A DNA stretch of 64,000 nucleotides from Coleofasciculus chthonoplastes F2-STO-03 (lineage in GTDB: Bacteria; Cyanobacteriota; Cyanobacteriia; Cyanobacteriales; Coleofasciculaceae): assembly GCA_040222015.1 (NCBI GenBank), contig JAVJWO010000028.1, forward strand, positions 1 to 64,000, written 5' to 3'. This document shows positions 52,762 through 63,172 of the stretch, piece by piece. Position 1 is the first letter of the stretch. The number at the start of each line of letters is the position of its first letter. A program made the translations under genes and the position numbers. The notes under the pieces were generated by a model. It saw only the letters and a list, made by a program, of their open reading frames with translations. It was not told where the DNA came from and did not search any database.

Positions 52762-52871
52762 GTAGGTTGGGTTTCGACTTCGCTCAACCCAACGAAACCC
52801 GGGTTTATGCAGATTTTTGTAAAGGTTGATATAGATTGTGATGTTGGGTTTCGTTCCTCAACCCAACCTAC
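52762..52871. repeat. REPIN right of RAYT (GTAGGTTGGG family)
   Basis: gtaggttgggtttcg...aacccaacg / tgttgggtttcg...acccaacctac. Confidence 0.85.
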
Positions 52872-53234
52872 TGGCTCACGAGAGGAACAAGTCAGTTTAG
52901 ACCCCCAGTCTTTCCAAGTTAGTGCCAATGATTCTTTGGAATTTTATATGACTTTTCCCAAAATAACAGATCAACCTGCCTTTGGAGAGTCTGTGGGGGT
53001 TGTATTACAGTTGCAGGTAGGTGAGGTTTGCCTAGAAGCGACGTCTCCTATAAAGTTAGTACGGCGATGGAGACGGTAAATTAAAACGTCAAATCGGAGA
53101 AAAGGTATAAGGGGAAGCCGTGCGACACCGTTAGGAATTTGTCCGGGAAAGCCCCATTTAACGTGATGGATTGGAATTGTCGGGGCGCACAGATGTGCAC
53201 CCTCTTACCACACTGATATGTTACTGATATGTTA

Positions 53235-54461
53235 CTAAGTCGTTTCTCGCATTTCGCTTGTCCGTACTGATAAAGTTTTCGTCTGGTTCCCCCGCACTAC
53301 TTTGACTTGAAGAACTTGATTCACACCACTATTCTCAACCAAACGTTGTAACTGTTGTGCACTCGTCACCGATTGTCCATTAATGGCTGTGACGACATCC
53401 CCACGACGCATACCCCCTGATGCGGCTGGTGAATCGGGCACAACTTGCACGACTAAAACCCCATTCACTTCCGGTACCATAAACGAGGAATTGGGATCGC
53501 GATTATTTTCTTGCGCCAGTTGCGGGGTTAGGGTAGTCATGCGAATACCGATAAACGGGTGGACAACTTTTTCACCCCGCATCAACTTAGCCGTAATTTC
53601 TTTAGCTTTATTGATCGGAATGGCAAACCCAATCCCCATTGCATCCGGACGAATGGCGGTATTAATGCCAATGACTTGTCCCTGTTGGTTTAAGAGTGGA
53701 CCCCCAGAGTTACCGGGGTTAATTGCGGCATCGGTTTGAATAAAGTCGAGTCGTTTTTCGGGAATCCCGGCTTCTGCACTGGATCGCTGAAGGGTACTAA
53801 TAATTCCTAACGTCACTGTATTATCTAGCCCCAAAGGATTACCCACCGCGATCGCCCAATCCCCGACTTGGAGTTTACCAGAGTCTCCCAATGTGACAAC
53901 GGGCAAATTGTTGCCATCAATTTTGACCACCGCTAAATCGGTGATTTCATCGACACCCTGCACATTTCCTTCAAACTGGCGTCCATCTTTGAGAATCACC
54001 GTTACCTTATCTGCCCGATCTACCACATGGGCATTGGTGACAACCACACCACTCGAATCAATAATAAACCCAGATCCTTGACCCCGCAGACGTCGTTCTT
54101 GGGGCATTTGGGGAAACGCATCCTCCCCGAAAAACCGCCGGAAGAAGGGATCATCAAAAAATGGATCGAGGCGGCGTGTCACTGTGCGTTCCGTGTCAAT
54201 TCGTACCACAGCCGGTCCCACTTGATTCACCGCCGCTGTAACAAAACTGCCGCCGATGTCGGTAACGGGTTGGCGTTGGGCGAGAACTATTGGGGATTCG
54301 GGTTCATTTGTCAAGAGCGGTTCAGCGTGAGAGGGTGAGACATTATAAAACCCCACTGTCAACAGAACACCTGTCGCGATCGCAATCAGATAAGCGCTGA
54401 TTTGGCGTAATCGAGGGAACAACGTTGTCAATCGCATAGCCTTAGTCTTGAGTTCAGTCAT
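53235..54461 (-). CDS. HtrA/Deg serine protease with PDZ (HhoA-like); start may be 54437
   Basis: GQGSGFII, TNAHVV, DLAVVKI, IQTDAAINPGNSGGPL, C-terminal PDZ. Confidence 0.95.
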   Translation of the reverse strand: MTELKTKAMRLTTLFPRLRQISAYLIAIATGVLLTVGFYNVSPSHAEPLLTNEPESPIVLAQRQPVTDIGGSFVTAAVNQVGPAVVRIDTERTVTRRLDPFFDDPFFRRFFGEDAFPQMPQERRLRGQGSGFIIDSSGVVVTNAHVVDRADKVTVILKDGRQFEGNVQGVDEITDLAVVKIDGNNLPVVTLGDSGKLQVGDWAIAVGNPLGLDNTVTLGIISTLQRSSAEAGIPEKRLDFIQTDAAINPGNSGGPLLNQQGQVIGINTAIRPDAMGIGFAIPINKAKEITAKLMRGEKVVHPFIGIRMTTLTPQLAQENNRDPNSSFMVPEVNGVLVVQVVPDSPAASGGMRRGDVVTAINGQSVTSAQQLQRLVENSGVNQVLQVKVVRGNQTKTLSVRTSEMRETT

Positions 54462-54679
54462 GATATATCTATGATCATCTATCAAAATTATTGTCAAAAT
54501 GGCTTAACATTGGCGGATGGCTCTAGGACGTGTTTCCTCCCAAGTCTGTTTCGGTGATTAGCCCTATCTGAGGGAGTTGACGTAGAAAACCTTGCTCCCA
54601 AAAATCTCGACTCTGAATTAGGATGAACAAAAGAACCAATCCATGAATCGTTACCCATCCCGACACTGGAGTTAAGCCA

Positions 54680-55063
54680 TTGATTAATGAAACCTATACT
54701 CGGTCAGCGTCAGACCCAGATGCCCTAAATCAATCCTTCCACACCAGTCATGGTGAGCATGAGCATGATCATGCTGGATCAACCCACACCCATGTTCACG
54801 ATGAGGAGTCTCTGCGGCGAATTGTCAATCGGCTTTCTCGAATTGAGGGGCATATCCGAGGGATTAAGACAATGGTACAGGAAAGTCGCCCTTGTCCCGA
54901 TGTGTTGGTGCAAGTTGCGGCTGTGCGAGGCGCATTAAATCGAGTTGCCCGGATTATTCTAGATGAGCATTTAAGTGAGTGTATTGGTCGGGCGGCGGAG
55001 GAAGGTAACATGGAAGCGGAAATTGAACAATTAAAGACAGCGTTAGATCGATTTTTGCCATAG
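54680..55063 (+). CDS. inrS: CsoR/RcnR-family metal sensor, InrS-like
   Basis: His-rich N-terminus, NRLSRIEGHIRGI, RPCPDVL, HLSEC, ALDRFL. Confidence 0.82.
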   Translation: MINETYTRSASDPDALNQSFHTSHGEHEHDHAGSTHTHVHDEESLRRIVNRLSRIEGHIRGIKTMVQESRPCPDVLVQVAAVRGALNRVARIILDEHLSECIGRAAEEGNMEAEIEQLKTALDRFLP

Positions 55064-55101
55064 TTCTCTTGGTAGGTGGGGAGGTGGAGTTTTGAGTTTG
55101 T

Positions 55102-55224
55102 GTAGGGGCGGGTTTCACGACTATGGTTTCTGACTTCACCCAGATGGAATTAAACCCGCCTGTGTGTAGGGGCGGGTTTGACTACTATCGTTTGGGACCT
55201 CACCCAGATGGAATTAAACCCGCC
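55102..55224 (+). repeat. Two tandem GTAGGGGCGGGTTT-loop-AAACCCGCC REP elements
   Basis: Direct reading; family has ~11 copies in the window. Confidence 0.85.
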
Positions 55225-55396
55225 CGTGTGTAGCGGTGCAGGGAGAAAATCTGGACGGGTGGATACATTAAGAAAGTTTGATCCATTGCGATCGCGATTC
55301 TCTCGCATAATGAAGAAAGGATAAAACTCTCTGACCATAAGTTCCTGCTGAATATTGTTCTCAGCACAAGGTTGAAAATTAGAGTGCGATCGCCTT

Positions 55397-56893
55397 ATGG
55401 CTAATTTTTACTGGAAACGTCCCTATACCGCCCTTGCCGCGTTATTGGTGGGGGTAACTGGCTGTTCCTTGAATTCACCTCCCGATACGGCTGAAAGTCA
55501 GCATTCCCCATCCCAAGCTGACTCCCCGGCTGAATCAATTCTCGCGGTGGAAAATGCCCCATCCTGTCCGTCTCAAGTTGATCCCTTTACCAAAGCGATT
55601 GACAAAGCGATGGGGGCGGCAAATCTTGCCCAATCTGCCCAATCCCCCCAAGATTGGGATTTGGTTGTCTTAGGCTGGATTCAAGCGATTGAAGCGATGC
55701 AGTCGGTGCCACCGGATAGTCCGAAACGAGCATTTGCTCAGAAAAAGGTGGCAGAATATCTGAACAACTTAGATGTTGCCCAACAAAAAGCGACGACAAA
55801 AACGTCTCCTCTACCCTTTGCCAGCTTTAATAACCCCATCTTTGAAGAACAACTCCTGCTGTATCTGTCTTACGTCGCCGCCGTTGGTCCGCCAGATGTC
55901 CTGATTGTAGGCAGTTCACGGGCATTAGTTGGTGTTGATCCCCAACAACTGCAACAAGTTCTGGCGCGTTACGGTAAAGGGGGGTTAAAAATTTTCAACT
56001 TTGGCGTGAATGGGGCGACGGCTCAAGTGGTTGATTTTCAACTGCGGCAACTTTTAACGCCAGAACAACTCCCGCGCTTGGTGATTTGGGCAGATGGTGT
56101 GCGGGCGTTTAATAGTGGGCGAACGGATAAAACTTATAATAGTTTGGCAACATCGGCGGGATATCAACAGGTAATGGCAGGGAATCGCCCCAAACTACCG
56201 GAATCGACGACCAAAACCCCAAATACTTGTGAAGAGATTCCGGCATCGATTACCCAGAGTCCCGACTCAGAGAAATCCACACAACCGGGAAATACTATAC
56301 CTGCTAATGATACGGCTGAACGCTGGCGATTAACCCGCGTTTCCTTTGAAACCAGTAGTAATCCTGTCTCCACCCCAGAGACTCGGTTACTTTTAACTCA
56401 GTTAGGGGGAAGCCAACCGCAACGACTAGCATTGGCACGTAATACTACAGGGTACAGTGCGATCGCGATGGATGCCAATGGCTTTTTGCCCATGGATAGT
56501 AAATTTGACCCGAAAACGTACTATCAGAAAAATCCGCGTGTGGCGGGGCGTTATGATGCGGATTATCAACCGTTTAGCTTTGCCGGTTCGCAGGCGGTGG
56601 CGTTGAATTCGATTCAGGCGTTTTTAGCCCAGCAGCAGATTCCTTTAGTGATTGTGAATTTGCCTGTAAGTGATGATTATTTAGATTCGGTGCGTTTAAC
56701 TCGTGAACGGCAATTCCGCAAGCGAATGCAGCAGAAGGCGGCTCGCAATGAGTTTGTTTTTGTGGATTTAGGAGAACAATGGAAAAATCAGAATCAGTAT
56801 TTTGCTGATCCGAGTCATCTTAATCGGTATGGCGCGGCGGCGGTGGCGAGTCTCTTAGCTGATAAGTCTGAGATTCCTTGGTCTCAACGTTGA
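55397..56893 (+). CDS. Putative lipoprotein with SGNH-like (DUF1574-like) domain
   Basis: VTGC lipobox-like; VGSSR, NFGVNGA, FADPSHLN. Confidence 0.65.
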   Translation: MANFYWKRPYTALAALLVGVTGCSLNSPPDTAESQHSPSQADSPAESILAVENAPSCPSQVDPFTKAIDKAMGAANLAQSAQSPQDWDLVVLGWIQAIEAMQSVPPDSPKRAFAQKKVAEYLNNLDVAQQKATTKTSPLPFASFNNPIFEEQLLLYLSYVAAVGPPDVLIVGSSRALVGVDPQQLQQVLARYGKGGLKIFNFGVNGATAQVVDFQLRQLLTPEQLPRLVIWADGVRAFNSGRTDKTYNSLATSAGYQQVMAGNRPKLPESTTKTPNTCEEIPASITQSPDSEKSTQPGNTIPANDTAERWRLTRVSFETSSNPVSTPETRLLLTQLGGSQPQRLALARNTTGYSAIAMDANGFLPMDSKFDPKTYYQKNPRVAGRYDADYQPFSFAGSQAVALNSIQAFLAQQQIPLVIVNLPVSDDYLDSVRLTRERQFRKRMQQKAARNEFVFVDLGEQWKNQNQYFADPSHLNRYGAAAVASLLADKSEIPWSQR

Positions 56894-56987
56894 GAGGAGA
56901 TGAGGGTAGGAAAAGGTCAGCGAAAGCACGTAAAATTCAAGTCGGTTGGCTAGAGCAAAAAATTAGGACAATTATCAGTCTCCTAAC

Positions 56988-57896
56988 TTATTCCGCCGAT
57001 GTATCTTGTTCCAGCCAACTCGACAAATCTTCCAGGCTATTAAAGCTTAAAATTGTCTGGACTAAACGTTCTAAATCTTCCCTAGACAAGCCTTCGATTT
57101 TCCGGCTAATGTTTTTAGGAATTTCGCCAAAACGCTGCTGGAGTAAAGCTATTACTACTCCGAGCTTTCCCTGTAAAATTCCTTCATCTTTAGCTTGAAT
57201 GATTCGCCCTGTTTCATCTTGTAACATTATTGCTCGCCGCTCCAATTCCTCCAATTCTTCTACGGTGAGATTCGCTTGATTCGCGATATTTAGGGCTTTC
57301 TCTATTGCAGATACTTCCGCTAAGGAGGCGGGAATGCTTTCCCAGGTTGCTGCTTCTTTAATGAAATAAATCCACTTGTCCGTCAAACTGTTTAACTCAG
57401 ACAAGGTTTTATTGAATTTCGGTAATTCTATGAAAATGAGTTGTAATTCTACGGCTTTATACCTAAATGACTCTTCCTCTTCTTTGAAAATAAACTTTGT
57501 CACAACTTTAGGGGTTTCTTTAAACATGATAAAATCAGCAATATTTATAGCAATTACTGGATTTAACAGCCAGTAACCTTCGCCAACGCCTAACTGATTT
57601 GCGTAAGTTTTAGCGAGGTTGTAAGCGACCCGTTTATCAAAAGCTTTTGTGCTGGATACTTGCATTTCAATAATAACAGTCGAGCCGTCATACAAAATGG
57701 CTCTCACGTCCAAATAGCTCTCCTTTAACTCTCGAACTTTACCAGGATTGTATGGATTGAGAATAGTTAAAGAACGAATAACGTTTTTGTTACTATAAAT
57801 AATGGCATTGAGAAAGCTAATTAGTATTTCTTGGCTTTGGTCAGAACCAAATATTTTTTTAAACGCATAATCTACTTTAGGACTGATAAATTTCAT
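56988..57896 (-). CDS. Rpn family recombination-promoting nuclease (PD-(D/E)XK) with DUF4351-like tail
   Basis: PKVDYAFKKIFG, LDVRA, IIEMQ, FIELPKF, LLQQRFGEI. Confidence 0.9.
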   Translation of the reverse strand: MKFISPKVDYAFKKIFGSDQSQEILISFLNAIIYSNKNVIRSLTILNPYNPGKVRELKESYLDVRAILYDGSTVIIEMQVSSTKAFDKRVAYNLAKTYANQLGVGEGYWLLNPVIAINIADFIMFKETPKVVTKFIFKEEEESFRYKAVELQLIFIELPKFNKTLSELNSLTDKWIYFIKEAATWESIPASLAEVSAIEKALNIANQANLTVEELEELERRAIMLQDETGRIIQAKDEGILQGKLGVVIALLQQRFGEIPKNISRKIEGLSREDLERLVQTILSFNSLEDLSSWLEQDTSAE

Positions 57897-58128
57897 GGTT
57901 TTTTCTCATCGATGAGTAGGATAAAATTAAATTTAACGAGATAGGGCTATGGGAAATAAAAACGGGAGCCTGTCGCCTTTTGTATTTGTGTAGGGGCGAC
58001 CCGTTGGCAAAAATCAACAACTTTATCCCCTCAATTTGCTCGGGTCGCCCTTTATTTAACCCCCTGTGTTAGTAGAGACGTTGCATGCAACGTCTCTACA
58101 TTTCCTCTTGAGCAGGCAATTCCCTTAA

Positions 58129-59508
58129 TTAAATGATTTGAATCATATCTGTATATTCCGTCAACAATTCATCATAAGTTAGGCTATCGTCTTGACTCTG
58201 AGGACTCCAAAGCAGTTCCACGGTCATTAAATACTCAGGTCGCACTGACGCGACTTTCTTTAATGCCTGATTCAGGGTTTCTGCTGAACGAATGTCATCA
58301 AATAACGGGTGATCATCTGCTGTTCCCACTAACAGCGTCACGACAATATAAGCCGCTGGGTCTTCTTGAGCATCAGGCATTACCGGAACCTTTTGCCGCA
58401 CTCTTCCGCCAACATTGCTGAGGGTTTCGGCACTAAATTTGCTGCGTTCTGCTACCGAAAGTTGGGTAAATAGTGTTTTTGCTTCCTCGATATCAACGCT
58501 TTGCGAACTGCTGGAAACATGACTCCAGGTATCTGAATGACGTAGCAAAACTAACGACGATTCTTGTAGCAGTTCGAGTAAGCCTTCGGGAGTCGTTGTA
58601 TCGACAGTTAAGGCGAGTTCCGATAACTCTGATTGCAAGTTTGGGGTGTGAGCAAATAAGGCTACTTGTAATTTACTCACTGTGACAATATCATTGTCTA
58701 GTTCATTGGTGGCGGCTTTTCGGCGTTTGAGGAGAGACAAAATTAACCGGATTAGCAGATAAACAACCAGGAAAATCCCGACACCAAAAAATAGTAAAGC
58801 GATCACGACGGGTAACGGGTTCGCTGATTTCGTGGAGTTCACCGCTTGAGTTGGATTCGTTGCTGGCGCGGTAGCTGGCGGTGGAGTTGTACTATTAGTT
58901 GCTCCCGGATTGATCCGGCTTTGATTGAGTTGGGCGGCGGGTGCTGAATCCGTTGTCGCTGCATCCGGAAGGGTTTGATTTGGGGGAGGCGGTGCTGAAG
59001 TTGTCCCTGGATAGGATGTTGAGGGATAATCCTGGAAATCGTTATCGTCATTTTCGATTTCAATTTCCACTGAACTATGTCCATATCCATAAGACGGGTG
59101 AGAGGTACGCCTGGGATAGGTTGATGAGGGACTCGGTTGATTCGGCTTGGTTTGAGTCGGAGTTGGAGATGTGGGTTTGTTTAATGTCCCGCCACTAGCT
59201 CGTCCCCCGGTTGTTCCCCTATGGGTAGGATTAGATTGAGATGGAGATGTTCTCGACGATGATGGAGGCGAGGATGAACGGCTAGGGGAAGATGAACGGC
59301 TAGGGGAACCCGAACGTGAGGATGAACCGCGACTAAAGGAACCGCCACCGCTGCGTCCCCCACTGCTTCTAGCGTAGGCGTCGGGATGCATATCAATCGA
59401 TGCGCTGATGCGATCGCGCGATACCTCTAGGTCTACACTGTTAATTAGGCTCAAACATAGAGCGGTAGCCAATAACGTCTTAAAGTTCATCCGTGGTAGC
59501 CGATTCAT
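58129..59508 (-). CDS. DUF1517 protein (FLAP1-like)
   Basis: SGGRSGGGSF, VSKLQVAL, ERSKFSAETLSNV, YIVVTLLVG, ELLWSPQ. Confidence 0.85.
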   Translation of the reverse strand: MNRLPRMNFKTLLATALCLSLINSVDLEVSRDRISASIDMHPDAYARSSGGRSGGGSFSRGSSSRSGSPSRSSSPSRSSSPPSSSRTSPSQSNPTHRGTTGGRASGGTLNKPTSPTPTQTKPNQPSPSSTYPRRTSHPSYGYGHSSVEIEIENDDNDFQDYPSTSYPGTTSAPPPPNQTLPDAATTDSAPAAQLNQSRINPGATNSTTPPPATAPATNPTQAVNSTKSANPLPVVIALLFFGVGIFLVVYLLIRLILSLLKRRKAATNELDNDIVTVSKLQVALFAHTPNLQSELSELALTVDTTTPEGLLELLQESSLVLLRHSDTWSHVSSSSQSVDIEEAKTLFTQLSVAERSKFSAETLSNVGGRVRQKVPVMPDAQEDPAAYIVVTLLVGTADDHPLFDDIRSAETLNQALKKVASVRPEYLMTVELLWSPQSQDDSLTYDELLTEYTDMIQII

Positions 59509-59802
59509 GAAGTTCTCCCGATGCTACTCCCTTAGCTACAATTCTAGCTTTTTGGTGAAAATCATTCATCATTTCATCCCAATCATGGTAGAGAAGGGCG
59601 GGTTTAGTTACATTATCGGTTGATTCCCAAATGTTATCGGTAAAACCCGCCCCTACAGCTTGGCTACCAGACGTAGGTTAACCGGAAACTTTACCAAAAC
59701 TTGATAATTTAGGGGTAGGCATTAGCACCTAAATCGGACATAAATTAAAGAAGGGATAAAATAACCTAACTCAGCAAACTCCTATTCTTTCCCAGTATAT
59801 TC

Positions 59803-60942
59803 ATGAACCCCTTACCCCCAGAAACCATTCCCTTTGTTGATCTAACGCTGCAACACCAGCCGATTCAAGCGGACATTGAACAAGCGATTCAGACGGTTAT
59901 CCAGCGCGGCGATTTCGTTTTAGGTCAAGCCTTAGCCGAGTTGGAAGCAGCATTTGCGGCGGCGTCTGGTGCAGAGTATGGTGTCGGTGTCGCTTCCGGG
60001 ACAGATGCGATCGCGCTAGGATTACAAGCAAATGGGATTGGTGTCGGTGATGAAGTGATTGTTCCTGCCAATACGTTCATCGCCACTCTCATTGGTGTGC
60101 TTGAGGCAAAGGCGACGCCCGTCTTAGCCGATTGTGACCCCAACACCGCCCTGATTGACTTGAATGCAGCGCAAAAAGCCATCACTCCCAAAACCAAGGC
60201 AATTATACCCGTTCACCTCTATGGTCAGATGGTATCACCGCCGCAATCACTCAACTTTGCCCATAGCCATAACCTGTTACTCTTTGAAGACGCCGCCCAA
60301 GCCCATTTAGCCCAACGGGATGGGTATCGGGCGGGTTCGGTGGGTAAAGCCGCCGGCTTTAGCTTTTATCCCAGTAAGAATTTAGGCGCGTTTGGCGATG
60401 GCGGAATCGCCCTGACGAGTGATCCCGATGCCTATCAAACCTTGCGATCGCTGCGGAATTATGGCGCACCCCGTAAATATTATCACTCAGAACTGGGCAA
60501 AAACAGTCGCTTAGATTCCATCCAAGCGGCGGTTCTCAATGCCAAGTTACCCCATTTGTCCCAATGGAATCAGTCTCGCAATGCCGCCGCCCAGTATTAT
60601 GACGAATTATTAGCACCGCTAGCCGACAAAGGGATTATCCCCATCCAAAACCAAAGCGGTACCGGTCATGTGTATCATCTGTACGTGATTCGGATTACCG
60701 CCGCCTGTTCCCTGACTCGTGAAATGGTGCAAGAGAAACTCAATACCGCTGGGATTCAAACAGGTATCCATTATCCCCTCCCTTGCCATCTACAACCTGC
60801 TTATCACTATTTGGGCTATCAAAAGGGTGATTTCCCCCATGCCGAAACTCTGTGCCAGGAAATTTTATCATTGCCTATGTATCCTGGAATAAGTAACGCT
60901 CAAATTGAGCGAGTGGTTGATTGCTTAAATAGCCTGTTGTAA
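59803..60942 (+). CDS. DegT/DnrJ/EryC1/StrS aminotransferase
   Basis: SGTDAI, PVHLYG, EDAAQAH, FSFYPSKNLGAFGDGG, NSRLD. Confidence 0.93.
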   Translation: MNPLPPETIPFVDLTLQHQPIQADIEQAIQTVIQRGDFVLGQALAELEAAFAAASGAEYGVGVASGTDAIALGLQANGIGVGDEVIVPANTFIATLIGVLEAKATPVLADCDPNTALIDLNAAQKAITPKTKAIIPVHLYGQMVSPPQSLNFAHSHNLLLFEDAAQAHLAQRDGYRAGSVGKAAGFSFYPSKNLGAFGDGGIALTSDPDAYQTLRSLRNYGAPRKYYHSELGKNSRLDSIQAAVLNAKLPHLSQWNQSRNAAAQYYDELLAPLADKGIIPIQNQSGTGHVYHLYVIRITAACSLTREMVQEKLNTAGIQTGIHYPLPCHLQPAYHYLGYQKGDFPHAETLCQEILSLPMYPGISNAQIERVVDCLNSLL

Positions 60943-60976
60943 CCGCATCCGGCGGCTGTAATTTCGGGGTAAGATC

Positions 60977-61870
60977 ATGCAACTTGGACAAAAGATTCCC
61001 ATTGCCATTGACCGTCACCTGTGGGATGGTGCGATCGCGGCTTTACTGATTATCCTTTATGCGCCCCTACTCATCCACTGGTATGATGGCTGGCTAAATA
61101 AAAGTATTAGCATTGAACATGAATACTTTAGCCATGGTTTAATTGGACTGCCTTTTGCCGCCTACATCGCCTGGACTAACCGCCAGCAGTGGCAAGCAAT
61201 CCCGGATAAATCGAATTATGTCGGGTTAGGATTACTGGCAGTTGGTGGCGTCTTTTATCTGTCGGGTCAATCGGAACTGGTTAATATTTCCTTTCCCACG
61301 GTTTTAGCCGGACTTTGTTTGTGGTTTAAAGGGATTCCGGGTTTACGCTTACAAAGCTTTCCCCTACTTTTGGTAATTTTAGCAACACCAACGGCCTTTC
61401 CTTACTTAATCGAACCCTACGCCTTACCCCTACAGCGCTTTATTGCCGGAGTTGCGGGATTTATTTTGATTCAGTTTGGCATTGATGTTAATGTTGTCGG
61501 CATTAACTTATTTGTCGGCGGACGAATTGTGGAAGTAGCCCCTCACTGCGCTGGATTAAAGATGCTGTTTACCAGTTTATATGTGAGTTTAATGCTGCTT
61601 TACTGGAGTGGGGCGTGGGCATCACGACAGAAGACCACATTATTGCTAATTGGTGCGGTGTTGGTTAGCGTGATTGGTAATATTATCCGCAATACCCTAC
61701 TCACATTCTTCCATGGCACTGGGATGGACGGAGCGTTCCATTGGCTGCATGAAAGTTGGGGCGGGGATCTGTATTCGGCGGGAATGTTAGGAATTCTGGT
61801 GGTTTTGCTGAAAGTCATTGAGCGTTATCGTGACACCGAACCTCAAACTCCTGATTCTGTATCTGAGTGA
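60977..61870 (+). CDS. Cyanoexosortase B
   Basis: HEYFSHG, VEVAPHCAGLKM (catalytic Cys), NIIRN, WLHESWGG. Confidence 0.88.
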   Translation: MQLGQKIPIAIDRHLWDGAIAALLIILYAPLLIHWYDGWLNKSISIEHEYFSHGLIGLPFAAYIAWTNRQQWQAIPDKSNYVGLGLLAVGGVFYLSGQSELVNISFPTVLAGLCLWFKGIPGLRLQSFPLLLVILATPTAFPYLIEPYALPLQRFIAGVAGFILIQFGIDVNVVGINLFVGGRIVEVAPHCAGLKMLFTSLYVSLMLLYWSGAWASRQKTTLLLIGAVLVSVIGNIIRNTLLTFFHGTGMDGAFHWLHESWGGDLYSAGMLGILVVLLKVIERYRDTEPQTPDSVSE

Positions 61871-62014
61871 GATTAAAAAACGTTTGTATTTAGTCAGGGC
61901 GGGTTTTGTAAAAACGTTACCATCAATAGCCAAGCCTAAAATCCCTAAACCCGCCCCTACACAAAATTAAAGACGCGCCATGACACGTCCGGAACACTCA
62001 AAACTCTTGCGCCC

Positions 62015-62752
62015 ATGAAGGCAAATCTGATGAAATCCTCAAGACTGCGCCAGGTGATTAAACGCCTGCGATTCAACCGCGCGATCGTGTTACTGTTGTT
62101 GTTGGTCATTGTCGCGATCGGGGCATTACCGAGTTATTTTACAGGTAACTGGTCGTGGATTGAGCCACCCAGATTTGCTAATTTCAGTAGCATCAAAGTG
62201 GTGCAAATTGAGGGGTTAGAGATTCCGGGCTGGGAAACCCTAGAGCAACGAACTGTAACCTTAGGGGGGCATAAATGGTCGTATCAGGAAATTAAGGGCG
62301 ACTTAGATAAACCTGTATTGTTATTATTACGTCCTCCTAATGGTCCGATTGATCAACCTCAGGTGGAATGGATGGATATTAATGGTGTCTTTCAATGGAA
62401 GACAGATTCCCATCAACGCTTAAACTTTACCGTTGAAACCCAATCCCAGCAGGCGCAAGTAAATGCCCGTCTCTTTCGCGCTTGGACTCAACAGCAAACC
62501 TTCGCCGTTGTTCAATGGTACGCTTGGGCGACAGGGGGTCATCCTGCTACCCGACAATGGTTTTGGGTTGACCAAATTGCCCAGTTAAAGCGTCAGCGAG
62601 TACCATGGGTGGCGGTTTCTCTCCAGATTCCGATGGAACCTTTAGGGGATTTGGCAGACGCCAAACCTATCGCTGAATCTCTCAGTAAAACTGTGCAAGC
62701 TACATTGATGGCAGAACCTTTGAGTGTAGAGACGCGCCATGGCGCGTCTTAA
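62015..62752 (+). CDS. Cyanoexosortase B system-associated protein
   Basis: Follows the exosortase; QPQVEWMDI, FAVVQWYAW, WFWVDQ, RVPWVAVS. Confidence 0.82.
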   Translation: MKANLMKSSRLRQVIKRLRFNRAIVLLLLLVIVAIGALPSYFTGNWSWIEPPRFANFSSIKVVQIEGLEIPGWETLEQRTVTLGGHKWSYQEIKGDLDKPVLLLLRPPNGPIDQPQVEWMDINGVFQWKTDSHQRLNFTVETQSQQAQVNARLFRAWTQQQTFAVVQWYAWATGGHPATRQWFWVDQIAQLKRQRVPWVAVSLQIPMEPLGDLADAKPIAESLSKTVQATLMAEPLSVETRHGAS

Positions 62753-62880
62753 CCCAAGGCGCTTGCTAGTCGGGCAGTCAGTCGGGCATAGCGCTCGTGT
62801 AGGGGCGGGTTTCACTATTATCGTTTCTTCCCTAACCCAGATGTGACTGAACCCGCCCCGACCAAGGGTTAACATGAACA

Positions 62881-63142
62881 AGGGCAGGTTTTTTTGAGCC
62901 ATTATTTCGGTGGGAAGGGCGGGTTTTGTTGTTCCGTTATCGGTGAAGAGGGCGGGTTCTGTTGTTCCGTTATCGGTGAGGAGGGCGGGTTTTGTTGTTC
63001 CGTTATCGGTGAGTTATTGGTGAGGAGGGCGGGTTTTGTTGTTCCGTTATCGGTGGGGAGGGCGGGTTTTGTTGTTCCATTATTGGTGGATATTTGAATT
63101 GAGTCCCTAAACCCGCCCCTACAATTGTGGCTAAACCCGTCC
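62881..63142 (+). repeat. 33-bp tandem array (5 units) derived from a REP arm
   Basis: agggcgggttttgttgttccgttatcggtg at 62916, 62949, 62982, 63026, 63059, closed by aaacccgcccctac. Confidence 0.9.
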
Positions 63143-63172
63143 TGATAATTGAGTGATGTGGAGGGAATAATT

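Noticed and set aside
62881..63142. CRISPR array
   Set aside because: Units are contiguous 33-bp repeats without unique spacers, derive from a REP arm, and no cas genes are present
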